Part shown: positions 19,140 to 28,617 of the stretch, piece by piece
How the letters are laid out: every line of letters starts with the position of its first letter
How positions within the stretch are numbered: the stretch's first letter is position 1
Virus record (IMG/VR): IMGVR_UViG_2595698614_000001
Span: 12,135-76,134 of that record
Reading direction: 5' to 3' (one strand)
DNA: 64,000 bases
From: a virus
Lineage: Duplodnaviria > Heunggongvirae > Uroviricota > Caudoviricetes > Thumleimavirales > Hafunaviridae
Translations under genes and position numbers: made by a program
Notes under the pieces: generated by a model
The model's input: the letters and a program-made list of their open reading frames with translations, nothing else
Told to the model about the DNA's origin: nothing
Database searches by the model: none

Positions 19140-19907
19140 TTAGTCGGTACTCCGAATGTGCTTGACAAGGCTGGCAATCTGGTTCTCGCTTTTGTCGGTC
19201 ACGTCGTACTCGACTTTCAATTTCAGCTTCTCACCGGCCCCGTCTGCTTTGAGAGTCATTTCATCCACTTCAGCGGATACATCGTCGCTCTCAGTACCAT
19301 CGTCAACCTCGGTGGATTCCTCCTCGACGGTTTCTTCGGGTTCGGGAGTCGGATATTCCTCGGCAAGACTTTCGATGAACTCCCCGTAGTCGTCCGATAC
19401 TTCGAGTCGTGTCTCGAAGCCTTTTCTTCCCGTTACGAACTCCCCAAGTCCGGCGGCCTGAGCGGTTTTAATCAAGAGATTAATCTCCCTGTCAGAGTGT
19501 TCGCCCCCGGTCGATGCTTCGGCCTTCTCTATGAACACGCTCTGTTTAATCGCCGGATTTCCGTTTACTGGGTCAACTAAATTCCCGGCGTGGATACGCA
19601 GGAGCGTATCTCGGTAAGGTTCATAGTATTCGATTGCCTCCCGAAATGCCATCTGTACGGGCTTGTCCTCGATGTTCTCGGAATAGCTGATGCCCGAACC
19701 TCGGTCTGTGTTTTGGATGTGGTCGTCCTCGACAGTCAAGAAGCCGAGTTTCGCGCCATAGCTAATCGAGGCCCGAATCTGTCGTTGGTCAATCTCCAAC
19801 TCATCATAGAGGTCTGTCTTGTCGGAGCCACTAACGGAGTGTAGGTGGCGACAGAGGGTGTGTAGTGCCTCTGGTTTTGCCCGATTGGGGAGTTCGACGG
19901 AAGCCAT
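19140..19907 (-). CDS. hypothetical acidic protein
   Basis: 255-aa ORF co-oriented with, and downstream of, the large methyltransferase-nuclease gene. Confidence 0.4.
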   Translation of the reverse strand: MASVELPNRAKPEALHTLCRHLHSVSGSDKTDLYDELEIDQRQIRASISYGAKLGFLTVEDDHIQNTDRGSGISYSENIEDKPVQMAFREAIEYYEPYRDTLLRIHAGNLVDPVNGNPAIKQSVFIEKAEASTGGEHSDREINLLIKTAQAAGLGEFVTGRKGFETRLEVSDDYGEFIESLAEEYPTPEPEETVEEESTEVDDGTESDDVSAEVDEMTLKADGAGEKLKLKVEYDVTDKSENQIASLVKHIRSTD

Positions 19908-20177
19908 CGAGTAACACGTTGAACGTCTCCCGCCTAAATTGTTACGGTGCGGGCGTCTTATCTCCCCGTCTAAAATTAAACGGGCATTTCTCAGCTTTCA
20001 GGCTTTGTGAGTGGGTTCTGGTCTATCGTGGGTCGTCAAAATGGGTACTGGCTTCTTTGCGAGTCCTTGTTCAACTTCGAGTTTATAATCATACTCGAAA
20101 GTAGCCCGATTGAAGGAAAACAGACCCAAGCGAAATAGAATAGCTCCTCGGCTTCGACTCGTCAAAGATTTCCGCCC

Positions 20178-23100
20178 TTAGAAGACTTCCATATATTCTT
20201 CCACGACTTCCCTCTCCTCATCAGTTAGCTCGAAGATGTCGTAGACCGAGCTATCAATCTCGCTTTCCAGTTCATCAATACTCGCGCTCTCGATGGTATC
20301 TCGGTCTTCTTCAAACGACTCGATGAGCTGTTCCACTCCCCGCCGAGTCTGTGGTATCGGAATCGTCTGCTCCTCTCCCTTCTTCATATTCCGACCGTCA
20401 ACGGCGGCGTGAACGTACTTCGCTCGAAGCTTCCGTACTTCGCGGTTCCCCGAATCCATCACCGGGTGGGTGATTTCGTCTGAACGACCGGCAGTTACGG
20501 CGAACCGACCATCGGATTTCTCCTGAATATCCGCATTGACCGGGTATCTGCGAGTCTCCCACTCATAATTGATGTAATCGAGGTTTCCGTCGTACTCTCC
20601 AAGGTACGCTTCGGGGAATCGGTCAACTCGGTTCTCCGTATCGAAGTTGGTCACAATCTCGGACAGAGTATTTTCGATACTTTCCCGCTGACTGTCGCTC
20701 CCCCACGAGACTGGTAGCGGTTCGAGATAGTGAGAGGTGTATTTGTAGTAACCGCCCATCTTGATGCTCGTGATATGCTTGAGGTAGAAGTCAAGGACAT
20801 TTGAGTTCAGGAGCGCGGAGAAGACCTCCGTTCGGTTCTGATATTGCGGTTCCAACTGTACGCCGTATCCCGCTTTGAAGTACCACGTACCCTTCTCGTC
20901 CAGCATGAACGTGGCCTCACCAGCAATCTCAGCTCCGATGAGCTTCGGCTTCTCAAACCGCTCCATACTTTTCGGATAGCCGAAGGCATACCAATCGTCG
21001 CGCCCCTCCCACTTCCCACCTTCACGCCCCTCTAAGGTTTCCTTGTGGGCCTCGAAGTAATCCCACGACAGCGGAAGCTCGTCTCTGATATAGTCCTCGG
21101 GGATGAGTTCAACGTCTCCTTCGTCCGTCTCTCGGTACGGTGAGATAACGTGCTGTCCCGACCAGTCACCTCGCCACCGCTCTATATCTCGTCCCTGTAA
21201 CCACGGCTTGAGCAGGTCTGTCTCAATCTCGTACTCTTTCTCCTCTCCCTGTGGAATGACTCTAACAACATCCCCGGTTTCACCAGCCTCAATCCTATCC
21301 GCGTTGACCGGGACGACGACAAAGACCTTGTTCGCACTCGTTTGTGTACCCGCGAACGCGGAGTCCACGACTTCTTCGAGCGGGGCATCCCGGTTCTCGT
21401 CGAGCTTGTTCAGAATCTTCCGCTCCTCGGGAGGGCAGAGAGGCCAGTAGTTTTCGTCCAGCTCGGACTGAGGGTAGTCGAACACGTCAATATAGTCGTC
21501 GCTGTATCCGGGTTCTCCACGGTGTTCTCGAACCCCCTCGATGATTTCTTCGTCTACTGAAGGCCCGCTATCCTCATCCACGTTCCCTTTGACTCGGACG
21601 CACCGAATCTCGTTGTTCTCTCGAACGTCCTCATCCGGCTCATCCTCCGCAATCACGATTGCCGGGTAGTTCGTTGCGTCCTCGAAGACGCCTGAATCAC
21701 GGAAGTCGTAGATTTCATCGAGTCGGGAGTCTCGAAGCAGGACACGACGAATCCCCTCGCCGTAGTCCGTGACCATGAACTGATTGGGCGTAATGTAGCC
21801 GAGCTTCCCATTTCCATCTTTTAGGAAGTCAAGCCCACGCTCGTAGAACGGGCAGTAGAGGTCGTAGTTCCCCGTGGTAGAGTCATACAGTTGTTCGAGC
21901 ATCGCCTTCTGCTGGTCGGGAAGGTGCTGGATACGAACGTATGGGGGATTCCCCACCACGTAGTCGTAGTCCATGTAGTTCTTGACGACCAGCGCGAGAA
22001 CGGTGTCCTCGAAGATTTTGAACAGGCGACCGTCGCCGTGTTCCTCACGGAGATACTGAACCGTGTTCAGAATATCGTCCACATAGGGAGCGAAGAACTC
22101 CTCGATGCCATCATACTCTTGGTTGGTGTATCGGTAGATTCCCTGCTCAAGACCACCGCTGTATTCCCACGTCTCCTCCTCCATATACCACTTCACAACG
22201 TCGAGAACCCCTTGGAGAGCCGCGAAGTATTCTCCGAAGTTGTGGATGCTGGCGTTTAGGCGAGCTGTATCGTACAGCGGCATCCGAACCCGCTGAACAA
22301 GGAACCCGTCCTCCGTCTCCTCCACTTCGTCTTCATCGACCTCCACGGGGAGCGGGACGGGAATCTTCACGTCCTGATTGTCGTCCGTCACCCCATCGAG
22401 GGTCATTTGCTTCTGTCCGTCGTTCCCGAGGTCGATACCCGTCAGCTCACGCTCGTTCCGAAGCGTGTCTGTTCGGTAGATGGGGAGACGCCGAATAGTG
22501 AAGTCGCGGTTTTCCTCCTTCGCATCACGATACTCGGGGAGGATAGCGACCATAAACCGTATCTGCGCCATCAGGACGGCGAACGGGTGAATGTCAAGTC
22601 CAACGATGTGGGGAGTCGTACAGAGGTCGGTGAGGTGTTCCTCCCAATCGGGGTCGTCATTATACCTCCTTACGTCCTCGATGTACCGATTCACGGCTTC
22701 CACGAGGAACGTCCCCGACCCACAGGAGGGGTCAATCAGCCTCTCACCAGAGACGCCGACGTTGTAATCCACGCCGTCCATAATGTAGTCGATGACCGGC
22801 TGAGGCGTGTAGAACTCCCCGAGAGCTTTGCGTGTCTCAGGGTCGAAGTAGTGCTGGTAGAGGTCGCCCAAGAGGTCGCCTTCGATTTCCTCGAAGTCGA
22901 ACTTCAGGACGGAGAAGAAGACGTGAGCAATTGCCCGGCTGAATCGGTCGCGGGTCGCCGGACTAATTTTTGTGACCTCGCCAGTCCCCTTCGCTACGTC
23001 TTGGAACTGACTCGCCCTCGATGCGTGGGAACGGGTCATTTGCTCCGCGAAGCCATCAGTCCACCAAATGAAGATGTCGTCCTCGAAAAGGCTCTGGACG

Positions 23101-24071
23101 AGGTGTTCCTCCATATCCTCAATCAGCCCGTTAGCGGCGACGGGGTAGGCATCGAGGCTGATGTTATCCCCGAACCCTTCGAGTCCCCGGAAGTATTCGC
23201 TCATCCCTCCGTAGGCGGTGTTTCGGAAGAAGTCGTGGTCTTCCGTCGCTTTGGCAAGTAGGAGCCGGGCGAGAAGCGCGTGACCGCTCTCCAGACAGAA
23301 CATAAAGTCACGAAGGGAGTGTTCCCCTTCGATGAAGGGTTCCCACGACTCGGGAGTTTCGTCGGGTTCGCTGGCGTAGCTGGCTTCCCAAAAGTCGTAG
23401 GCTCCAGTCACGAACTTCGCTTCTTGTTCATCTCTCAACTCCACGAGCAAGTCCATCAGCGCCGTTACGAGGTCAGCGAAGGGGCTGTTCTCCTCTAAAC
23501 GGAACGTGTCGAAGAAGTGTTCGCGTCCAAGGTCTGAATTGAGTTCGACCTCATCAAGAGAGGCGATGTAGTCTTGAACACCATCGGGGTCGGTAATGTC
23601 CCATTCCGGCTTCTTGAGAGCAGATGCTATGTCTGCGGCGTCACTCTCGGTTGCTTTTTCGAGAGAGATTCCGACGATTCTGCTTCGACCCTCTCGCTTG
23701 TAGAGTCTGAACTCCTCGCCGTTAGTGAGAACGCCGTAGTCAGCTTTCAGCTCGTTAACGTAGTGGAAAAGTTGGTCTTCGTTGGGGGAGAGGTCGCGTC
23801 CAGTCGTTTTGAACTCAAAGACGGCGGTGACTGACTCGCTTTCGTCAAGCGTTACGTAGTCCGGTCGCCGGTCGTCGGGGAGAGTCCACTCACTTCTCAG
23901 GTCGTACCCTGCGCCTTCGTATCCGAGAATGTTGAAGAAGTTTTCATTGAGGAAGGCATTTTCCACGTCCTTCTCACTCATATCCTCATCGAGTCGGGAT
24001 GCTATCCCGTGGAGGGATTCAAGAAACTCCGACGTGTCTACCATAACAGACCACAAACAGCATACCTTCAA
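20178..24071 (-). CDS. Type IIG-like restriction-modification enzyme (N-terminal PD-ExK nuclease + gamma-class N6-adenine methyltransferase + C-terminal specificity region)
   Basis: 1297 aa; PD...ExK signature (RPDYVTLDE...VFEFK) near the N-terminus, SAM-binding motif DPSCGSGTFLV, catalytic motif VVGNPPYV; no Walker A, so not Type I/ISP; the start could instead be the internal Met at 24044. Confidence 0.6.
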   Translation of the reverse strand: MKVCCLWSVMVDTSEFLESLHGIASRLDEDMSEKDVENAFLNENFFNILGYEGAGYDLRSEWTLPDDRRPDYVTLDESESVTAVFEFKTTGRDLSPNEDQLFHYVNELKADYGVLTNGEEFRLYKREGRSRIVGISLEKATESDAADIASALKKPEWDITDPDGVQDYIASLDEVELNSDLGREHFFDTFRLEENSPFADLVTALMDLLVELRDEQEAKFVTGAYDFWEASYASEPDETPESWEPFIEGEHSLRDFMFCLESGHALLARLLLAKATEDHDFFRNTAYGGMSEYFRGLEGFGDNISLDAYPVAANGLIEDMEEHLVQSLFEDDIFIWWTDGFAEQMTRSHASRASQFQDVAKGTGEVTKISPATRDRFSRAIAHVFFSVLKFDFEEIEGDLLGDLYQHYFDPETRKALGEFYTPQPVIDYIMDGVDYNVGVSGERLIDPSCGSGTFLVEAVNRYIEDVRRYNDDPDWEEHLTDLCTTPHIVGLDIHPFAVLMAQIRFMVAILPEYRDAKEENRDFTIRRLPIYRTDTLRNERELTGIDLGNDGQKQMTLDGVTDDNQDVKIPVPLPVEVDEDEVEETEDGFLVQRVRMPLYDTARLNASIHNFGEYFAALQGVLDVVKWYMEEETWEYSGGLEQGIYRYTNQEYDGIEEFFAPYVDDILNTVQYLREEHGDGRLFKIFEDTVLALVVKNYMDYDYVVGNPPYVRIQHLPDQQKAMLEQLYDSTTGNYDLYCPFYERGLDFLKDGNGKLGYITPNQFMVTDYGEGIRRVLLRDSRLDEIYDFRDSGVFEDATNYPAIVIAEDEPDEDVRENNEIRCVRVKGNVDEDSGPSVDEEIIEGVREHRGEPGYSDDYIDVFDYPQSELDENYWPLCPPEERKILNKLDENRDAPLEEVVDSAFAGTQTSANKVFVVVPVNADRIEAGETGDVVRVIPQGEEKEYEIETDLLKPWLQGRDIERWRGDWSGQHVISPYRETDEGDVELIPEDYIRDELPLSWDYFEAHKETLEGREGGKWEGRDDWYAFGYPKSMERFEKPKLIGAEIAGEATFMLDEKGTWYFKAGYGVQLEPQYQNRTEVFSALLNSNVLDFYLKHITSIKMGGYYKYTSHYLEPLPVSWGSDSQRESIENTLSEIVTNFDTENRVDRFPEAYLGEYDGNLDYINYEWETRRYPVNADIQEKSDGRFAVTAGRSDEITHPVMDSGNREVRKLRAKYVHAAVDGRNMKKGEEQTIPIPQTRRGVEQLIESFEEDRDTIESASIDELESEIDSSVYDIFELTDEEREVVEEYMEVF

Positions 24072-24141
24072 AAAGGTTGTATATGGGATAGATTACTCAA
24101 TCGGTGGTCTGAGGTCGCACCACCGAAGGTCGATGAGTCTA

Positions 24142-24331
24142 TTACGAAAAGATTTCTTCGGGAGAAACGTCGCCGTTGTGTTGACGTTCTTTCTCCCACT
24201 CGATTTCTCCTTCGACCTTTCCGAAGATTTCCGAGGCGATGGTGCGGTCTTCGTAGTCGCGGTCTGGATTGTCCTTGATTTGCTCCAACTCGTGTTCCAA
24301 AAACGCGAGGTGTTTTGGGGACAATTGCATA
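24142..24331 (-). CDS. hypothetical small acidic protein
   Basis: 63-aa ORF between the methyltransferase-nuclease start and the attP-like region. Confidence 0.25.
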
Positions 24332-24354
24332 TAAAGAACCACACACCGGGGGGT

Positions 24355-24462
24355 TATAAAACGGGGGGGGTAGTGGTTTGGACTTCATTTCCCCTCACTC
24401 GGTTGTGGAAACGGGGTGGTACACGCACGGCATACGGCCCTATACCCCCCTGTTTTTTATAA
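24355..24462. repeat. inverted repeat pair TTATAAAAC-G(7-8) and C(6)TGTTTTTTATAA flanking a roughly 60-bp spacer
   Basis: 24355-24379 ccggggggttataaaacgggggggg versus 24441-24462 atacccccctgttttttataag; lies about 95 nt upstream of the partial tRNA and the integrase. Confidence 0.45.
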
Positions 24463-24556
24463 GTAGGATTGGTAGTAGAGTGTAGAGAAGCACGCAGAAC
24501 GGGATGTTCCCGGCAAAGGTAGCCGGTTTAGGGCCGAAGGCCCCCCTCGGTAAAGC

Positions 24557-24603
24557 GCGTCCTTGGTAAGGACGAGACCGGGGGTTCAAATCCCCCCTCA
24601 GGC
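24557..24603 (+). tRNA. partial tRNA-Thr(GGU): anticodon arm, variable loop, T arm, 3' acceptor strand and discriminator only; putative attP core
   Basis: CGTCC-TTGGTAA-GGACG anticodon stem-loop (anticodon GGT), AGACC variable loop, GGGGG-TTCAAAT-CCCCC T arm, CTCAGGC acceptor 3' strand, discriminator T; no matching 5' acceptor strand or D arm upstream; integrase gene 185 nt downstream. Confidence 0.5.
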
Positions 24604-24787
24604 TTTCAGCCTTCACGGGGATTCTCACCCCATTTTGCGTGCTTCTTGGACACGTAACAATGTACGCCAAGAAAGCACTCTACCCCCAAACGGCCACCAC
24701 CGCGCCGTCTTGCGATTTGGTGTATTGTCAGGACACTATAACGTGTAACCCCGCACGCGCGGGAACACAGAGTGAGGGGAACGGACG

Positions 24788-25981
24788 ATGAACCGCCACG
24801 ACCCCCTCGATAGTGTAGAAATGAGCGCGGCATCCGAGGATATACCACCCGCGCCCGAACCCATCGAGTTTGGCTTCCCACTCGTGAGCAAACGCTCGCG
24901 CGAAGACCTCGAACAGTTCGGCCTCAACATGGTTCAGGACTACCACGACTTCAAAGAGGAAGTCCTGACGTGGCTCGGCAACTACGGGAAGAACCCCGAC
25001 AAACACGAAGGGCTGGCCCCCACCACGCTGGAGTCCACCCACTACAAACTCGAAACCGTCTTCCGCTGGTTATGGAAATACGAGGGCCAATACACCACCA
25101 AGTTCACGCCCGAACACGCGGAGAAGTTTATCTCGCTGTTGAATCAAAGCGACTCGATGATTGACAGCACCGTGCTTCACCACGCGAAGGACATTCGCCG
25201 CTACTTCCGCTACTGTAACCACGTTCAGGGGAAGGACTACGATTGGGAACCCGACATAGAACTCTCTCAGTCGAACGGCGACGAGCGAGACTACCTCCGC
25301 CGAGCCGCGTTCGAGCCGCTGTATCAATCCGCGCTTCAGCACTCGTCGGTCAAGTCCTACTACTCGTGTACGCCGGAGGAGCGTGCGGAGCTGAAAACCT
25401 ACGTCTCTCAGCGGCTCCAAGTCCCGATGGAAAAAGTCGGCGCGGAGGAGTTCAAGAAAGCAAACTCGTGGAAGTACCCGTCCATGATAGCCACCACTCT
25501 CGATACTGGTCTTCGACCCATCGAGGTTGGACGCGCCAAGGTGTCGTGGGTGAACCTCCAAGATAACGAGCTGAACATCCCGAAGGACGAATCCACGAAG
25601 AACGAGGGCCATTGGAACTGCGCGATTCAGAAGCGCACCGCGAAGGCGCTCGAACGCTGGATGGACGAGCGGAGTACGATGGAGAAGTACGACGGTCGGG
25701 ACGAACTATGGCTCACGCAGAAGGCTCGCCCCTACAACTCCGACTCGTGTAACGGCCTCCTTGACCGAATCATCGAGTCAGGGAACGTCCCGATACCCGA
25801 AAACCAGAAGGAAAGCACGTCGTGGTACAGTATCCGCCACGGAGTCGCAACGTATTGGGCGAACCACGTCGGGCCTCACCACGCGAAAGAACAGCTCCGT
25901 CACAAGTCGGTGACGACGACGATGAAGTACCTCCATTCTGATTCAGACACACGAGGGAGCGCCGTCGAACAAATCTGGTAG
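24788..25981 (+). CDS. int: tyrosine-type site-specific integrase
   Basis: 397 aa; C-terminal catalytic signature SIRHGVATYWAN...LRHKSVTTTMKYLH (R-HxxR-Y pattern of XerC/D-family recombinases). Confidence 0.85.
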   Translation: MNRHDPLDSVEMSAASEDIPPAPEPIEFGFPLVSKRSREDLEQFGLNMVQDYHDFKEEVLTWLGNYGKNPDKHEGLAPTTLESTHYKLETVFRWLWKYEGQYTTKFTPEHAEKFISLLNQSDSMIDSTVLHHAKDIRRYFRYCNHVQGKDYDWEPDIELSQSNGDERDYLRRAAFEPLYQSALQHSSVKSYYSCTPEERAELKTYVSQRLQVPMEKVGAEEFKKANSWKYPSMIATTLDTGLRPIEVGRAKVSWVNLQDNELNIPKDESTKNEGHWNCAIQKRTAKALERWMDERSTMEKYDGRDELWLTQKARPYNSDSCNGLLDRIIESGNVPIPENQKESTSWYSIRHGVATYWANHVGPHHAKEQLRHKSVTTTMKYLHSDSDTRGSAVEQIW

Positions 25982-26449
25982 TCAGAGGGCTTCGACCGAG
26001 CGCACCCCGAGGTCGTTCAGGCGGTACTCCTTCTTCCGACCATCCCCATCGAAGGGGCGCTTCTCAACTACGTCACGCTCCGATAGTTCCCACAGAATTT
26101 GGCTCACGTCGTCGGGGTCAATCCCACAGTCGTCGGTGAGAGTATCCTTGATTTGAGTCGTCGTATGCCAATCCTCTCCGTTGTGTTCGTACAGAAACTC
26201 AGCCATTTTCCGAGTACGCGACCCTTCCTCAAACGAAACGGTATCGGGTGGTTCCGTCTCCCGCGATTCTATGTCTTCTCCGGTAATGTATTGAGTCAAA
26301 TCAATCGGGGAGTCGGCCTCGATTGTCACCTTGATGTTTTCAACGGTATCGCTGAAACCAGTCTCCTCGATGAATTGGTTGAAGGCGTGGAGTCCCTGTT
26401 CACCGGACAGTTCTAATGTCATCACTCCATCTGGTTCCTCAGATGCCAT
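25982..26449 (-). CDS. putative winged-helix DNA-binding regulator
   Basis: approx 155 aa starting at MASEEPDG; C-terminal PadR/MarR-like segment (DVVEKRPFDGDGRKKEYRLNDLG); sits next to the integrase, divergent from RtcB. Confidence 0.4.
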   Translation of the reverse strand: MASEEPDGVMTLELSGEQGLHAFNQFIEETGFSDTVENIKVTIEADSPIDLTQYITGEDIESRETEPPDTVSFEEGSRTRKMAEFLYEHNGEDWHTTTQIKDTLTDDCGIDPDDVSQILWELSERDVVEKRPFDGDGRKKEYRLNDLGVRSVEAL

Positions 26450-26542
26450 AATCTGAGATTCTACTTGAGGGTCTGAAAAAGCCACGGCTACAAAATAAAA
26501 AAGAACCCCGACCACGGGGGGTCGGGGGTGGCAAACGGGGTT

Positions 26543-27904
26543 CTACTTCTTGAAGTTCATCACGGGCTTCAGCCGGTCAACGACCCCGGCAGTCGGAGTA
26601 ATGTGTTCCTCGATAAGCTCCATCGGCTTGTACGCTTCCGGCACTTCGTCACCCGGAACGCGAGCGGAGTACGTCCCGTTGTCGTACATTCGCTTTCGGG
26701 TGGCGTCGGCGTCGAACTCCGACCGCGCCCATCCACGGGAACCAAGTCGGCCAGCGCCGTGGGGAGCCGAGTAGTTGAACTCGGGATTCCCGCGCCCCTG
26801 ACAGAGCAGGGTTCCGTCCTCCATGTTCATCGGGATAGCGAACAGCTCTCCGTCCTGAGCGCGGGTGGAGCCTTTCCGAATCACCATATCCTCGAAGTCC
26901 ACGTAGTTGTGCGGGGAGTTGAGGAACTTGCTGATAGACGCATCGAGGGTTTCGGCCACCTCCTGAACCATCAGCAGGCGATTGAAGCTCGCGTAAGTCT
27001 GAGCGAGCATCATATCGTAGTAGTACCCGTAGGCTTCGCGGCCTTCGAGGTAATCGAGGTCGTTGTTCCGGTTCGAGTCCGGGGAGTACGACTTGATTTC
27101 CTCTCCGATACGACCGATTTCCTCACCGTCGTTGTAGAGCTTGATTTTCTCCCAATCCGGGGAACCGTCCGGGTTCGCGTAGTGCTTGAGACGTTCGCTC
27201 ATCTCGCCCCACTTCACGTCGGCGTCACGGTGTTCGGTCGCCTTCTCCTGCCAGTACGCCGCGACCTTCTGACCGAGGTTGCGGGAGCCGGAGTGAACGA
27301 CTACCCACAGTTCGCCGGTCAGTTCGGACTCAGCCAACTCGATGAAGTGATTACCTGAGCCGAGAGTCCCGAGGGAACGGAGCGCGTAGCGTCTCCCCGC
27401 CCCGACACGGGTACACATCTTCTTGAAGTAATCCGGGTTGAACATCCCCTCATCCCGGCTCTCGTACCCGAAGTCCATCGCGTCGTAGAAGTAGAGTAGC
27501 TTCTCGTTGGTCTTCCACCACGGGAACGACCACTCCAAGTCCACCTGCGGTTCTTTGTGAACGCGACCAGTCCCCATCGGAATCCGGTCGCGCACCTCGC
27601 TGTTCACGTCGCGGAGAGTGTCTATATCCTCGAAGTCGAGGTCAACTCCATCGAGGCGGGCCGCCGTCATTCCGCACCCAATGTCGCCCCCGACCGTCTT
27701 CGGAATCACGCGGTCGGTCAGCGGCATCGAGAACCCGACGATACACGCGGGGCCGAGTCCCCCGTGACAGTCCGGCATGAACTTCACCGGGTTCTGGAAC
27801 GCCTCGTGGTCAACCATCTCCTGTATTTCCTCTCGGAGTCCGTCTTCCACTTCTTCTTCTGGTAGGTGTACCTCTGCTGTCGTACTTTCTCCTTCTACAA
27901 TCAT
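26543..27904 (-). CDS. rtcB: RtcB-family RNA 3'-phosphate ligase
   Basis: 453 aa with RtcB metal/GTP-binding motifs (CHGGLGP, GCGM, SGSRNLG, HNY, PHGAGR). Confidence 0.85.
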   Translation of the reverse strand: MIVEGESTTAEVHLPEEEVEDGLREEIQEMVDHEAFQNPVKFMPDCHGGLGPACIVGFSMPLTDRVIPKTVGGDIGCGMTAARLDGVDLDFEDIDTLRDVNSEVRDRIPMGTGRVHKEPQVDLEWSFPWWKTNEKLLYFYDAMDFGYESRDEGMFNPDYFKKMCTRVGAGRRYALRSLGTLGSGNHFIELAESELTGELWVVVHSGSRNLGQKVAAYWQEKATEHRDADVKWGEMSERLKHYANPDGSPDWEKIKLYNDGEEIGRIGEEIKSYSPDSNRNNDLDYLEGREAYGYYYDMMLAQTYASFNRLLMVQEVAETLDASISKFLNSPHNYVDFEDMVIRKGSTRAQDGELFAIPMNMEDGTLLCQGRGNPEFNYSAPHGAGRLGSRGWARSEFDADATRKRMYDNGTYSARVPGDEVPEAYKPMELIEEHITPTAGVVDRLKPVMNFKK

Positions 27905-28096
27905 TAGGTCTGTTTAGATAGAGTGTATAACTCTGAGTGTTCTACTACGGTACTGTCTTAGTTGAGTGAACAACCTCGATGTGGTAAAACTCAAAGTAGG
28001 TAACTAACAGTAGTAAACTACTAAGAGTATATATCTAAGATAGATATTTCGCCCGCGTTATGCGCTCGCGCGAGCTTATTCGGATGTTTCGTCGTA

Positions 28097-28115
28097 TAGT
28101 ACCGATACGGTACTA
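28097..28115. promoter_or_regulatory. near-perfect palindrome TAGTACCG-AT-ACGGTACTA
   Basis: 19-bp inverted repeat immediately upstream of a GACTTAAAGATG...TTTGAGTCTTT element copy (28119-28146), in the intergenic region between rtcB and the small-membrane-protein operon. Confidence 0.35.
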
Positions 28116-28150
28116 TATGACTTAAAGATGCCTATTTGAGTCTTTGGCGA

Positions 28151-28363
28151 TTACTGGGGTGGCTCCAAAAACCGAATTGGAACCGACCACTCCCCCTTCA
28201 TCAGCCACACGAAGAACCACGGATAGGCGAACATCGTCGCCAACATATTCAGGAACGAAACAGCCAGCACCGCGACCACCGCGACCTTCACGAACAGAAG
28301 CAAGAACACCTGAATCGTGAACCCGAGGTAGAACGAGTAGATGTAGGTGTTCGCTGACTTCAT
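28151..28363 (-). CDS. small two-helix membrane protein
   Basis: 70 aa, two strongly hydrophobic segments. Confidence 0.4.
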   Translation of the reverse strand: MKSANTYIYSFYLGFTIQVFLLLFVKVAVVAVLAVSFLNMLATMFAYPWFFVWLMKGEWSVPIRFLEPPQ

Positions 28364-28617
28364 CTATTCCCGAAGTTCGTCTCGCTGATGGGAACGCAGG
28401 AGAGGCCACCGCCGTCGTAGGCAACAGAAGCGTAGCACACGACGCCAGCCTCCCGGTCGATGAATCGGTCAACAGACTTCTGGTTGTCCTCGTAGACCTC
28501 CGTAGCGTCAGAAGCATCCGCCTTAATCGGTGATTCCTCGGGCTGTTCAGCAACACAGCCAGCGAGAGCGAGAGTCGATACAACCGCGAGAGCAAGTAGA
28601 ATCTTTCTCCAGTTCAT
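28360..28617 (-). CDS. secreted lipoprotein
   Basis: 85 aa; signal peptide ending in lipobox LAGC followed by an acidic mature region; 4-nt overlap with the downstream gene. Confidence 0.45.
   Translation of the reverse strand: MNWRKILLALAVVSTLALAGCVAEQPEESPIKADASDATEVYEDNQKSVDRFIDREAGVVCYASVAYDGGGLSCVPISETNFGNR

Noticed and set aside
20178-24071. BREX PglX or Type I HsdM interpretation of the 1297-aa methyltransferase
   Set aside because: A clear PD-ExK signature precedes the methyltransferase domain, and there are no flanking BREX (PglZ, BrxL) or hsdR/hsdS genes, so a single-chain Type IIG-like enzyme is the more economical reading; this still needs an HMM check
24531-24603. Complete tRNA-Thr gene upstream of the integrase
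   Set aside because: Only the anticodon arm, T arm and 3' acceptor strand fold; no complementary 5' acceptor strand or D arm can be drawn, so it is called a partial tRNA (attP core)
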